Source: Candidatus Eiseniibacteriota bacterium (lineage in GTDB: Bacteria; ARS69). Taken from it: a stretch of 48,274 nt of DNA. Every line of letters starts with the position of its first letter. Position 1 is the stretch's first letter. Positions 8,957 through 18,048 of this stretch are shown here, one piece after another. The stretch is from positions 1 through 48,274 of the forward strand of contig JBQTGV010000106.1 in NCBI GenBank assembly GCA_052390515.1, in the 5' to 3' direction. Position numbers and translations under genes: made by a program. The notes under the pieces are model-generated. The model had not been told where the DNA came from. It ran no database searches and saw only the letters and a program-made list of their open reading frames with translations.

Positions 8957-9781
8957 ATGGCGAAAGGGTCCCGCGATCTCGTGACAATCATGAAGAGTGA
9001 AGGCCCCGTTGCGTTCCTGAGCGCAGTACTTCAAGACTTCGACGCGGTCGGCACTGGACTTCTTTCACGCGTAGCGGATTCCGGCAAGCTGGCGCCATTC
9101 TTGATTGGCGGGCGCCTGATTCAAGCGGCACGTTCCGGCCAGTTTTTCGAACAGCTTGCTCGCGAGGCGGAGGATCTGAGGAGGGTGGGGAGGATAGAAG
9201 ACGAGTACATGGGCGTCGGATCAAGCCAAGGCTTGCTTCCAGGAGTTGTGGGCTGCGCTGGAAGATCCACCTGTTGACGAGGTGAAGTTCGAAGCCCTGA
9301 AGGCTGTCTTTCTGACGGCATGCACTGAGGACATCTCCAACCGCGACGACATCGAACCGAGGCTCCTCATGACCGTGGTCCGTGGCCTTTCCACGGGCGA
9401 GCTCCTTTTGCTGGTGCAGGTCTTCAAAGAAATCGGCCGCACCGTATCCGCGGCCGGGCACCTCAGTACCGAAGCATGGATGACTGAGATCGCACCGGGA
9501 CCGGATTCAAGACCTCCGAGATGGCACGGATCTACTGCGAGAAGCTGTGGGAGAAGCGCCTTGTTGCCGGAAAGAGGCGGCCGTCCGATGGGAGTCTGGA
9601 CATCGGCAAGGGGCCGACGGTCACGCCACTTGGGCAACGGCTCTGTGCCTTCCTCCAGCACTGCGATGCGAATCTTAAGCCCCCCGCCGTGACCGGGAAA
9701 CTCGGATGCCCGAGCACGACGACCTGTTCGACGGGCTCCACGCCATGGTGGAGGGGGCGTTCGGGCGGCGCTCGGGGTTGA
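8957..9781 (+). pseudogene. Abi-alpha/DUF4393-like protein split by two frameshifts (~9212, ~9496)
   Basis: Three overlapping ORFs join into MAKGSRDL..IEDEYM/SDQAKACFQEL..KFEALKAVF..LLMTVVRGLSTGELLLL..WMTEIA/TGFKTSEM..LWEKRLV..VTPLGQRLCAFL. The end resembles a winged-helix C-terminus. Confidence 0.55.
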
Positions 9782-10166
9782 TGTGCTTCCTCGCTTGACC
9801 GGGGGACCGAGCTCGACCGGAATGACCCGACCTGCCCCGATCTGCCCCGGAAACCTTACCGGCGATGTACCGGCGGGTGACGGAGCGTCGGTGAAGAGGC
9901 GGTCCCGGAAGCTGTTGTGGGAGCAGAAGATCCGCTGGCGGCTGTCGTCCACCGGGCCCTTGCAGGCCCCACAAAACTGTACCGAAACCGCGAAATCGGC
10001 TCCGGCGGGTCAAATCTGGTCAGTTCGGGTCAGGGGGGCGACTGCGTAGATTGCGGAATCTACGACGTGGGAAGGGTCCCGCGTGTTGCGCGGCAGGGGC
10101 CGACTCAATAGGCTCGTGGCCGAGTGTCAACGGACGGTTCCGGTTGCCTACGTCACGCGGAGGGGC

Positions 10167-11810
10167 ATGTTGGCGGGGAAGAAGACGACGACGCCCGCGG
10201 AGCCGAACATCCTGTACTACGGCGACAACCTCGACGTTCTCCGGCGTCACGTGCCGGACGGGTCGGTGGATCTCGTCTACCTGGACCCGCCGTTCAACAG
10301 CAACCAGAACTACAACGTCCTCTTTGCGGAGAAGAACGGCACAGCTTCAAGCGCCCAGATCCACGCCTTCGAGGACACGTGGCACTGGGATAAGGTCGCG
10401 GCCGCCGCCTACCAAGAAGTCGTCGAAGGCAGTGGCCGGCCATCGGAGGCGATGCAGGCATTTCGCACGCTGCTCGGCGATAACGACATGATGGCCTACC
10501 TGGCCAACATGGGCATCCGCCTCCTTGAACTCCGCCGCGTGCTGAAGCCGACGGGCTCTATCTATCACACTGCGACCCGACGGCGTCTCACTACCTGAAA
10601 GTCCTCATGGATGCGATCTTCGCCGCCCGGAACTTCCGAAACGAGCTCGTCTGGCAGCGCTTCGGTTCTCACAATGACCCGAAGCGGTGGGGACGTGTAA
10701 CCGACTCGATTCTGTTCTACACGAAGTCGAAGGACTACAAGTTCAATCCGGTGCGCGGATCGTACAGCGAAGAGCACATCACGAAACGTTTTCGCTACAA
10801 GGATCCCGACGGCCGTCTGTTCTGGCCCAACACCTGTCTCGCCCCCGGCGGACGTGGACCGCGCTACGAGTGGAATGGTCATACGCGAAACTGGCGATTC
10901 ACCAAGGAGAACATGCAGAAGCTGCATGACGCGATTCAGTTGTACTACAGCAAGGAGGGTATGCCGTACCGGAAGAACTACCTCGACGAACTACCGGGCC
11001 GACTCATTCAGAGCCTTTGGACGGACATCAAGATGACGAAGAGCGGAGCGGAGAAGCTCGGCTCCCACGCAGAAGCCGGAGGCGCTCCTTGAGCGCATCA
11101 TTCTCGCGAGTAGTAATGAGGGAGATACCGTCCTTGATCCGTTCTGCGGGTGTGGGACAACGATCGCCGTCGCACACCGGGTCAAGCGCCGTTGGATCGG
11201 CATCGACGTCACGCACCTCGCGGTAACACTCATGAAGCATCGTCTCCGAGATGCGTTCGGTGAGGAAGTATCCTACGAGGTAATTGGCGAACCTACTGAT
11301 CTTGCCGGCGCCCGAGCACTTGCCCAGGATGATCCCTATCAATTCCAGTGGTGGACCCTTGGCCTCGTTGGCGCTCGGCCCGCAGAGCAGAAGAAGGGTG
11401 CTGACAGGGGGATCGACGGTCGGCTGTACTTCCACGACGAGCTCGGTGGCGCCACTAAGCAGATCATCTTCTCTGTCAAGGCTGGCATGACCGGACCCTC
11501 ACACGTACGTGACCTCCGCGGCGTCGTCGAACGAGAGGAGGCAGCGATGGGCGTCCTGATCACCATGCAGGCACCCACACAACCGATGCGCAAGGAAGCG
11601 GCTAGCGCAGGGTTCTACGATTCGAAGTGGGGCAGTCGACACCCCACGCTGCAGCTTATCACGGTTGAGGAACTGCTCGACGGTAAGCGACTTGATATGC
11701 CTCCGATCGGACAGGTCAACAGGACGTTCAAACGGGCGAAGAGGACCAAGGAGAAGCCGCCCGAGAAGCTCGCGCTGCCTCTCAAGAGCCCAGAGGGTGA
11801 GGTCTTTTAG
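10167..11810 (+). pseudogene. Beta-class N6/N4 DNA methyltransferase fused to a C-terminal Mrr-like PD-(D/E)XK domain, with two frameshifts (~10568, ~11063)
   Basis: [58 protein letters not shown]-terminus [26 protein letters not shown]. Confidence 0.88.
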
Positions 11811-11963
11811 CCGGCAGGGCTCGAAGTGAGCGTGTCGGTGATGAACGGCCACATTCCGCAGGTGAGACCGAACTAGCCACGCACTGGAGGGAGGGGCACG
11901 TCGAGTCTTGGCGAAGCGCTCACTAGCGGCAAATCTCCCACCTCGCAGCCGGACGGTCGCCTC

Positions 11964-14900
11964 GTGACTGCCGATTCTCCAGGTTCCCGACACTTGATCA
12001 TCACCGTACACGGCATCCGCACGTTCGGTGAGTGGCAGGAACGCTTCGAGTCGCTGCTGCGTTCATCGAGTGTCGTGCCAGACGTGATTCACTACAAGTA
12101 CGGTTTTGTGTCAGTGCTGGCCATTGTGGTCCCCTTGTTCCGTTGGTTAGCCGTTCGTCGATTCCGCCGCTCGCTAGTGTCTCTGCTGCGATCTCGCGAA
12201 TGGGACCGAGTAGACGTTGTCGCGCACAGCTACGGCACCTTCATCGTTGCATGGACGCTGCACGAACTGAGAAGGGACAAGTCGCTGCCAGCGATTCACA
12301 CGTTCATTTGCGCCGGGAGCGTACTGCGCTCCACCTTTCCTTGGGACGCAATTCTGAGCACGCGATTGTACCGTCTCGTGAACGAGTGCGGCCTGCGGGA
12401 CGCGGTTCTTCTGGCAAGCCAGTTCTTCATTCCGTTTCTCGGGATGGCCGGTCGAATCGGATTCACTGGGATAACTGGGGATCGCATTCGCAATCGGTTC
12501 TTTCGATTTGGTCACGGTGGCTACTTCTCGTCACACGATGGTGGCGACCGAGACCAATTCATGCGACAGCACTGGCTTCCGCTTCTTCAGAGTGATGCCG
12601 CGATTCCTGTCATTGACGAGCGTGCCGGTACGCTGATCGAGGGCTACGCCACCCTTCTCGCCAGGAATGCTGACCCGATCAAACTGGTGGCCTTCGCAGG
12701 GATACCGGTTCTCGCGTGTCTATACGTCACCCACCTGTACCTGGAGTCTGAACGCTTGCGGCGCGTCGATGTCGCGGAGCGTCTGGCGAGTGCTGCGTTT
12801 AGCATGCAGATTCAACCCCCTCATGACCGCTTCGACTTCGCCAGTTCCAGAATGCACTCGCTTCATCTCGCCGTGCTTTCCGAGCGTCTGTCGCCGAACC
12901 CGATCGCCAGTTCTGTTCTCTGGACGGCGATTCAGGGACAGCCTGAGATTCGCCACCGGCTTGTACATGACGGTCCTGTACGCGGTGTCGCATTGAACGG
13001 AGCGGGGACTCTACTCGCAACGTCTTCGGCAGCGGGCACCCTGCGGATCTGGGATCTCTCTCGCGGGGAGATGCTTTCAAACTTCGGCGTGGGCCACGCA
13101 ACCTCCAACATCGCACTCAACAGAAGTGGTTCCGCGGTTCTGGAGGTCGACGAATCAGGCGTCCTCCAGATCTGGGACGTCTCCACACGAGAGCTGCAGG
13201 CTAAGTTTGCCTACGATAGCAAGGATGGCTTCGTGGCACTAAGCGCAAACGGCCGGCATGCCGCGTTTTCCGGACGCGACCTTGTGCTGCTCGATGTCGG
13301 TGAGGGGAGGATAATTCGGGCCGTGGAACGCTGCTGGTTCAGCTCTGGTGAGTTTACCTCCGACGGTCGCACTTTCGTCGCAAGACGTCGAGCCGCGCAT
13401 TCCGTGCATGTCTTCACCGGTTCACAATTCGAGAGAGATCGAGAGGTCCAGCTTCCCGAGTATAGGCGGCTGTGGGTCTCTCCGCAGGGCGGCTACGTCG
13501 CAAGTTATCTAAGCACTAAGGGAGGCCCGACCGAGCTCTCGGTGACAGAACTGACCTCGGGCGAGGCGACTCAGACCCTGTTGCCGCCGACGCACGCCTC
13601 GCCAGGGCCCGTGGTGGCGTGGTCGAACGATGAAACGACGCTTGCCGCGGCGGCTGGGACGGTTCTTCGGATCCTCGACTTGCGCACAGGTCGCGCCCAG
13701 GAGGCGGAGGTCGAGTCCAGGATCCGCGCTATTGACTTCCTGGACGAGACAGCAAGTCTAGTCACGGCAGATTCCGATGGCACTGTGATGGTACGACAGT
13801 TGAGCGACCTTCGAGAGAGTGCACGCATATACCTTGACGCACAGGTGGCAGAGCTTCAAGCCTTGGAGGGGCCGCCTCGTATACTTGTTTCGAACTCTCA
13901 GTTCTCGGCACATCTCGTCACTATCTGGGATCTCGAACTCCGCGGACGTACAACCCTCCGTTGTGGCCTGGGATTCCGGACTATGCGGCTATCACCGGAC
14001 GGGTCACTTGTCGTGGCGGCGGCCGGCGACACTCTCGTTGGCATGGACAGGGACGGACGCCAGCTGTGGACGGCACCAGAGAGCGGTGTCAAGTGGATCA
14101 CCTTCTCCCGATGTGGCACATGGTTTCTGGCTTGTACTGAGGATGGACAGACCCGGGTACGAGACGCGCGCTCGGGTCGCACTCTGTCGTCGCTGGTTGC
14201 CCAGCGCGAAGTCTGCGCGTGCTTGGCACTCGATGCAACCTCGTATGCATTGGGATTGAGCGACGGGGTCATTGAGATTCGCGACGCGGTGACGGGCTCT
14301 CTCTTGGCGACGGCACGGGACGACACGGTCGTGGAAATCCGCGATATTGATGAGGGGGAGGCGGTCGTGTCATCGACGACCGTGGTGTCCGCGGTTCGCC
14401 ATCTCGCGGTGTCAGCAAACGGCAGTCGGCTGGCTTCTGGACACGATACTGGTACGGTGATCGTGTGGGACCTTCCAAATCTCCGGGAGCTACGTCGCGT
14501 CTATCCCGTCGTTGGGAGCGATCTCGTCTCACTCGCCCTCAACCCGACCGGCTCCGTAGTCGCGGCAGGGGTGAGCGGAACGGTTAGTCTATTCCACGTT
14601 CCCACCGGCATCCAGTATGGACGGATCAGGTCCGGAGATGTGGACATGGTCTGTCATCCGAGTAGGTGGCGCATCGCAGTCGGAATGGGGAAGGACAACA
14701 CACTTAATGCGGGGATCTACTCGTTGATTACAGGCAGGCTACTTGTAGACCTCAGGGACGGAGGAGGCGGCCCACATAAGCTCTGCTTCGATCCTCAAGG
14801 TCGGTACATTGTTGGCGTTCAGAGCGCCCACCCTGCAACGCTCCAGCTGCGTTCGGCCGAGAGCGGCAGGGTGCTTGCTGCTTACGAGTTCCCTTCAGAG

Positions 14901-15098
14901 ATCGAGGATGTCGAAATGAGCCGCTCGGGACGAACGCTCGCTGTAGTGGCGTCGTCGGGCGATGTGTTTGTCCAGATCTGGAGTCCGGAGGATCTGATCG
15001 AAGGGGCCTGCAAGCGTTTGCCAAGGAACCTTACTCTCAGGGAGTGGAAGTCTCTCGTTGGTGATGAGGACTACGAGAGAACGTTCGAAGAGCGATAG
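11964..15098 (+). CDS. Alpha/beta-hydrolase - TM - WD40 beta-propeller fusion protein
   Basis: ITVHGIRTFG oxyanion loop, VVAHSYGT nucleophile elbow, candidate Asp (CGLRD) and His (FGHGGYF). TM at ~aa 240-260. Many WD-like repeats (LRIWD, LQIWD, VTIWD, VIVWD). C-terminus ACKRLPRNLTLREW. Confidence 0.85.
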   Translation: MTADSPGSRHLIITVHGIRTFGEWQERFESLLRSSSVVPDVIHYKYGFVSVLAIVVPLFRWLAVRRFRRSLVSLLRSREWDRVDVVAHSYGTFIVAWTLHELRRDKSLPAIHTFICAGSVLRSTFPWDAILSTRLYRLVNECGLRDAVLLASQFFIPFLGMAGRIGFTGITGDRIRNRFFRFGHGGYFSSHDGGDRDQFMRQHWLPLLQSDAAIPVIDERAGTLIEGYATLLARNADPIKLVAFAGIPVLACLYVTHLYLESERLRRVDVAERLASAAFSMQIQPPHDRFDFASSRMHSLHLAVLSERLSPNPIASSVLWTAIQGQPEIRHRLVHDGPVRGVALNGAGTLLATSSAAGTLRIWDLSRGEMLSNFGVGHATSNIALNRSGSAVLEVDESGVLQIWDVSTRELQAKFAYDSKDGFVALSANGRHAAFSGRDLVLLDVGEGRIIRAVERCWFSSGEFTSDGRTFVARRRAAHSVHVFTGSQFERDREVQLPEYRRLWVSPQGGYVASYLSTKGGPTELSVTELTSGEATQTLLPPTHASPGPVVAWSNDETTLAAAAGTVLRILDLRTGRAQEAEVESRIRAIDFLDETASLVTADSDGTVMVRQLSDLRESARIYLDAQVAELQALEGPPRILVSNSQFSAHLVTIWDLELRGRTTLRCGLGFRTMRLSPDGSLVVAAAGDTLVGMDRDGRQLWTAPESGVKWITFSRCGTWFLACTEDGQTRVRDARSGRTLSSLVAQREVCACLALDATSYALGLSDGVIEIRDAVTGSLLATARDDTVVEIRDIDEGEAVVSSTTVVSAVRHLAVSANGSRLASGHDTGTVIVWDLPNLRELRRVYPVVGSDLVSLALNPTGSVVAAGVSGTVSLFHVPTGIQYGRIRSGDVDMVCHPSRWRIAVGMGKDNTLNAGIYSLITGRLLVDLRDGGGGPHKLCFDPQGRYIVGVQSAHPATLQLRSAESGRVLAAYEFPSEIEDVEMSRSGRTLAVVASSGDVFVQIWSPEDLIEGACKRLPRNLTLREWKSLVGDEDYERTFEER

Positions 15099-15252
15099 GA
15101 AGCGGCTTCACGGCGATGGCACGCTCGATGCCGGCCACCTACCGCTCTACCACGCGTTTCAATGGACCCGTCGTCGCTGGGCAGGCAACGGTCGCGTAGT
15201 GGCTTGCCTCTGCGCCGCCCCGTCCAGTCAGTGGGAGGTGGACCGATCGACT

Positions 15253-17970
15253 CTACCGCTGCACGAGCCGCAGCACGCCCGCCGGCTCGAACACCTCCCG
15301 CGCCAGCGTCTGCACCTCCTCGTACCGGACCGCGCGCAGCGAGTCAGTCGTGCCGGTGTGCCGCCGGAAGCCGGCACCGTTCCCCTCCGCCACCGCCAGA
15401 CTCCACGCCTGCATCGCGTTGTTCTGCGCGTCCAGGACGTGGCCGTTCACGAGGCGCTGGACCGCGTCGGCGAACTCCTTCTTGGTGAACCCGCGCGTCG
15501 AGTAACGCGTCAGATCCTCCTCGAACATCGCCAAAATCTCGTCGAAGCGGTCCCGCTTGACGTCGTTCTCGACGATCCAGGCCCCCGGACCGAGGTGGTC
15601 CCAGAAGCGGATCCAACTCCGGTACGAGACGCCTTCGCCGTAGACGTACTTGTAGAAGTGGTCGTTCCCGGCGATGCGGGAGAGCACAACGGACGGGAGC
15701 CAGGCATCGCCCCCGTACGGCGCTCCCGGCCGCCCCCAGTTCACCGTCCAGTAATCCTTGCCGAGATCGAGAGACTCGCTCAGCACCGGCGCGCTCCATC
15801 CCGCGGTGGCGCCCTCGACGTCCACGCGCCACGGCTCGGCGACGACATCCGGAAGATCCGCCCAGTGCGCCGCCACCCACTCGGCCACGGCGGCCGGCTC
15901 TACGCCCCCGACCACCGACACCACCGTCCGGTCCGGCTTCCAGTTCGTCGCATGGAACGCGGCCAGCTCCTTCGCCCCGAACGCCGCCACCGACTGCTCC
16001 GTCCCGATTGTCGGGCGGCCGTAGGGATGCCCCGCGTACGCCCGCACGTAGAACTCCTGCTTGATGTACTCGAGGTTGTTCTCCGGCAGCGAGCGGATCT
16101 CGGTCAGTTGATCCTCGCGGAGCTTTTCGATCTCCTTCGCGGCGAACGACGGGAAGAAGAGCGTCTCCTTGAGACAGGCGAGCATCGCCGGCCACTGCTC
16201 CTCCAGACCGACGTAGTGGTGCGCCGCGGCGTCCCGGTAGTCGACGTTCCGTGAAGTGTTCGCCCGGCTGTTCGACGGCGCGTGTGCGCCGGCCTGAATC
16301 GAACGGGAGCCGAGCAGCCGCGTGAAGCCCTCGCGGTCCCAGCGCCGCGTGCCCCGCATGCCGAGCTCGGAAACGAAGCGGTTGATTCCCGGGCGGCCGT
16401 CCGGCTCGACCCACTGGCCGCCCAGCACCCGACCACTGACCGCCAGCAGCTCCGACGCGTCGGTCGGCTGCACCAGCAGGCGAAGACCGTTCGCGAAGGT
16501 GAAGAGGTGCGCGCCGTCGGCCGCCGCGGTCTCCATCCAGGCCAGCGGCGGGCGGCCGGCCGCCGGGAGAAGCGCTCCGGCCACCTCCAGGTCGGGAGCC
16601 GCCGCCGCTCGCGGCGCCTTCGGCTGGACGCTCCGCTTCTCGGCAGACGCAAGGTCGAAACCCTCGGGATGCAGCGTGGCCGTCACCAGCCGGTCCGCCA
16701 CGAGCCACGCCTCCTTCGCCGCCTGCACGTCGGCGGCGCCGAGCGCGCTGTATCGTTCCAAGAGCTGCTCCGCGCCTTCACGGCCGCGGCGGCTGACGAG
16801 GAACCCGAAGCGGTGCGCGCGATCCGCCACCGTCTCCCGATCCCTGGCCTCGGAGAAGAGCACGCGCCGCCGCGCCTCCTCGAAGACCGCGGGTGGGAGC
16901 TTATTGACGTCGAGGTCCTCGAGGAACTGCCGGACGAAGCTCGTGACCGGCTCGGCCTTCGCCGGATCCACGCGCGCGCTCACCGTGAACACGCCGTGAT
17001 CCCGCATGGCGTAGTGGTCGGCGCCGACCGACACGACCCACTTCTCCTGTTCCACGAGGTACTGCGGCAGCCCGTGCGAGCGGTCGTTCAGCAGCGCGGC
17101 GAGCAGGTCGAGCGCCGGCGCGTCGGGATGCGAGCCTCCCGGGACGACGAATCCCAGGAGCACGCGGCTGTCGCTGGCCTGCGCCGTCCGGTCCACGCGC
17201 GAGCGCGGGCCGGTCTGGACCGCCTCGGCGAGGCCCAGCTCGAACGACTCCGGACCTGGCTCCTCCTGCCCCCACACCGAGCGCACCAGCCGCGTCATCT
17301 CTTCCGTCTCGAAATCCCCGGCGATGGAGAGGATCATGTGGTTCGGCGTGAAGCGCTCTCGGTAGTACCTCTCGGTGCGCTTCATCTCGAGGTCCCGGAT
17401 GGCCTTCTCCGTGCCGATCACGGAGCGCCCGTAGGGGTGCACCTGGAACGCCAGGCGGTCCCAGTTCGTCCAGATCATGTCGTCCGGATCCTCCAGACCC
17501 TGGGTCAGCTCCTGGATGACGACTTCCTTCTCCGCCTCGAACCACTCCTCCTCGTACTCCAGATCGAGCAGCGCCTCGCGAAGCGCCTCGAGTCCCTCGG
17601 CGAAGTTCTCCTTCGGCGCCTCGAACCCGAAGTTGATCTCGTCGTCCCAGGTCCAGCCGCCGGACTCCTGGCCGAGCAGGGCGATTCTCTTCCGGAACTC
17701 CGTCGGCGCGAAGTTCGGCGTGCCGCCCTTGTAGACGAGGTGCTCGATGTAATGCAGCGATCCCTGGAAGTACTCGTCCTCGGTACGCCCGCCAGTCGTG
17801 ACGTACGCGGAAGCGGCGATGACCGGATGCGCGCTCGTCGGGGCGAGCAGCACGGTGAGCCCGTTGTCCAGCGTCACGGTGGCGAAGGGCGGAGCGCCGG
17901 CGCGGGCACCGGCGGCCGCGAGGAGCGGAAGAACGGCAGCGAACGAGACGGCGACGAGGCGAGACGGCAT
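15253..17970 (-). CDS. Secreted M16 (pitrilysin/insulinase) zinc peptidase, four-domain fused form
   Basis: Signal peptide, TLDNGLTV, inverted zinc motif HYIEH, EKEVVIQE, HPYGR twice. The second half lacks HxxEH. Confidence 0.92.
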   Translation of the reverse strand: MPSRLVAVSFAAVLPLLAAAGARAGAPPFATVTLDNGLTVLLAPTSAHPVIAASAYVTTGGRTEDEYFQGSLHYIEHLVYKGGTPNFAPTEFRKRIALLGQESGGWTWDDEINFGFEAPKENFAEGLEALREALLDLEYEEEWFEAEKEVVIQELTQGLEDPDDMIWTNWDRLAFQVHPYGRSVIGTEKAIRDLEMKRTERYYRERFTPNHMILSIAGDFETEEMTRLVRSVWGQEEPGPESFELGLAEAVQTGPRSRVDRTAQASDSRVLLGFVVPGGSHPDAPALDLLAALLNDRSHGLPQYLVEQEKWVVSVGADHYAMRDHGVFTVSARVDPAKAEPVTSFVRQFLEDLDVNKLPPAVFEEARRRVLFSEARDRETVADRAHRFGFLVSRRGREGAEQLLERYSALGAADVQAAKEAWLVADRLVTATLHPEGFDLASAEKRSVQPKAPRAAAAPDLEVAGALLPAAGRPPLAWMETAAADGAHLFTFANGLRLLVQPTDASELLAVSGRVLGGQWVEPDGRPGINRFVSELGMRGTRRWDREGFTRLLGSRSIQAGAHAPSNSRANTSRNVDYRDAAAHHYVGLEEQWPAMLACLKETLFFPSFAAKEIEKLREDQLTEIRSLPENNLEYIKQEFYVRAYAGHPYGRPTIGTEQSVAAFGAKELAAFHATNWKPDRTVVSVVGGVEPAAVAEWVAAHWADLPDVVAEPWRVDVEGATAGWSAPVLSESLDLGKDYWTVNWGRPGAPYGGDAWLPSVVLSRIAGNDHFYKYVYGEGVSYRSWIRFWDHLGPGAWIVENDVKRDRFDEILAMFEEDLTRYSTRGFTKKEFADAVQRLVNGHVLDAQNNAMQAWSLAVAEGNGAGFRRHTGTTDSLRAVRYEEVQTLAREVFEPAGVLRLVQR

Positions 17971-18048
17971 CGACGGATCCTCCGGGAAGCACGGCCGGCG
18001 CGGATGCTACCGTGACGGCGGGACCCTCGCCAAGTAAACTGGCCGGCG

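Noticed and set aside
9700-10050. Possible IS66 tnpB-like remnant (FDGLHAMVEGAFG..) and GGTCA repeats at ~10008-10033
   Set aside because: The similarity is too short, with no IS66 ends or tnpC. It cannot be supported without a search.
15099-15252. Right-hand att copy closing the island
   Set aside because: No repeat of the tRNA-like fragment was found here. The right boundary rests on composition only.
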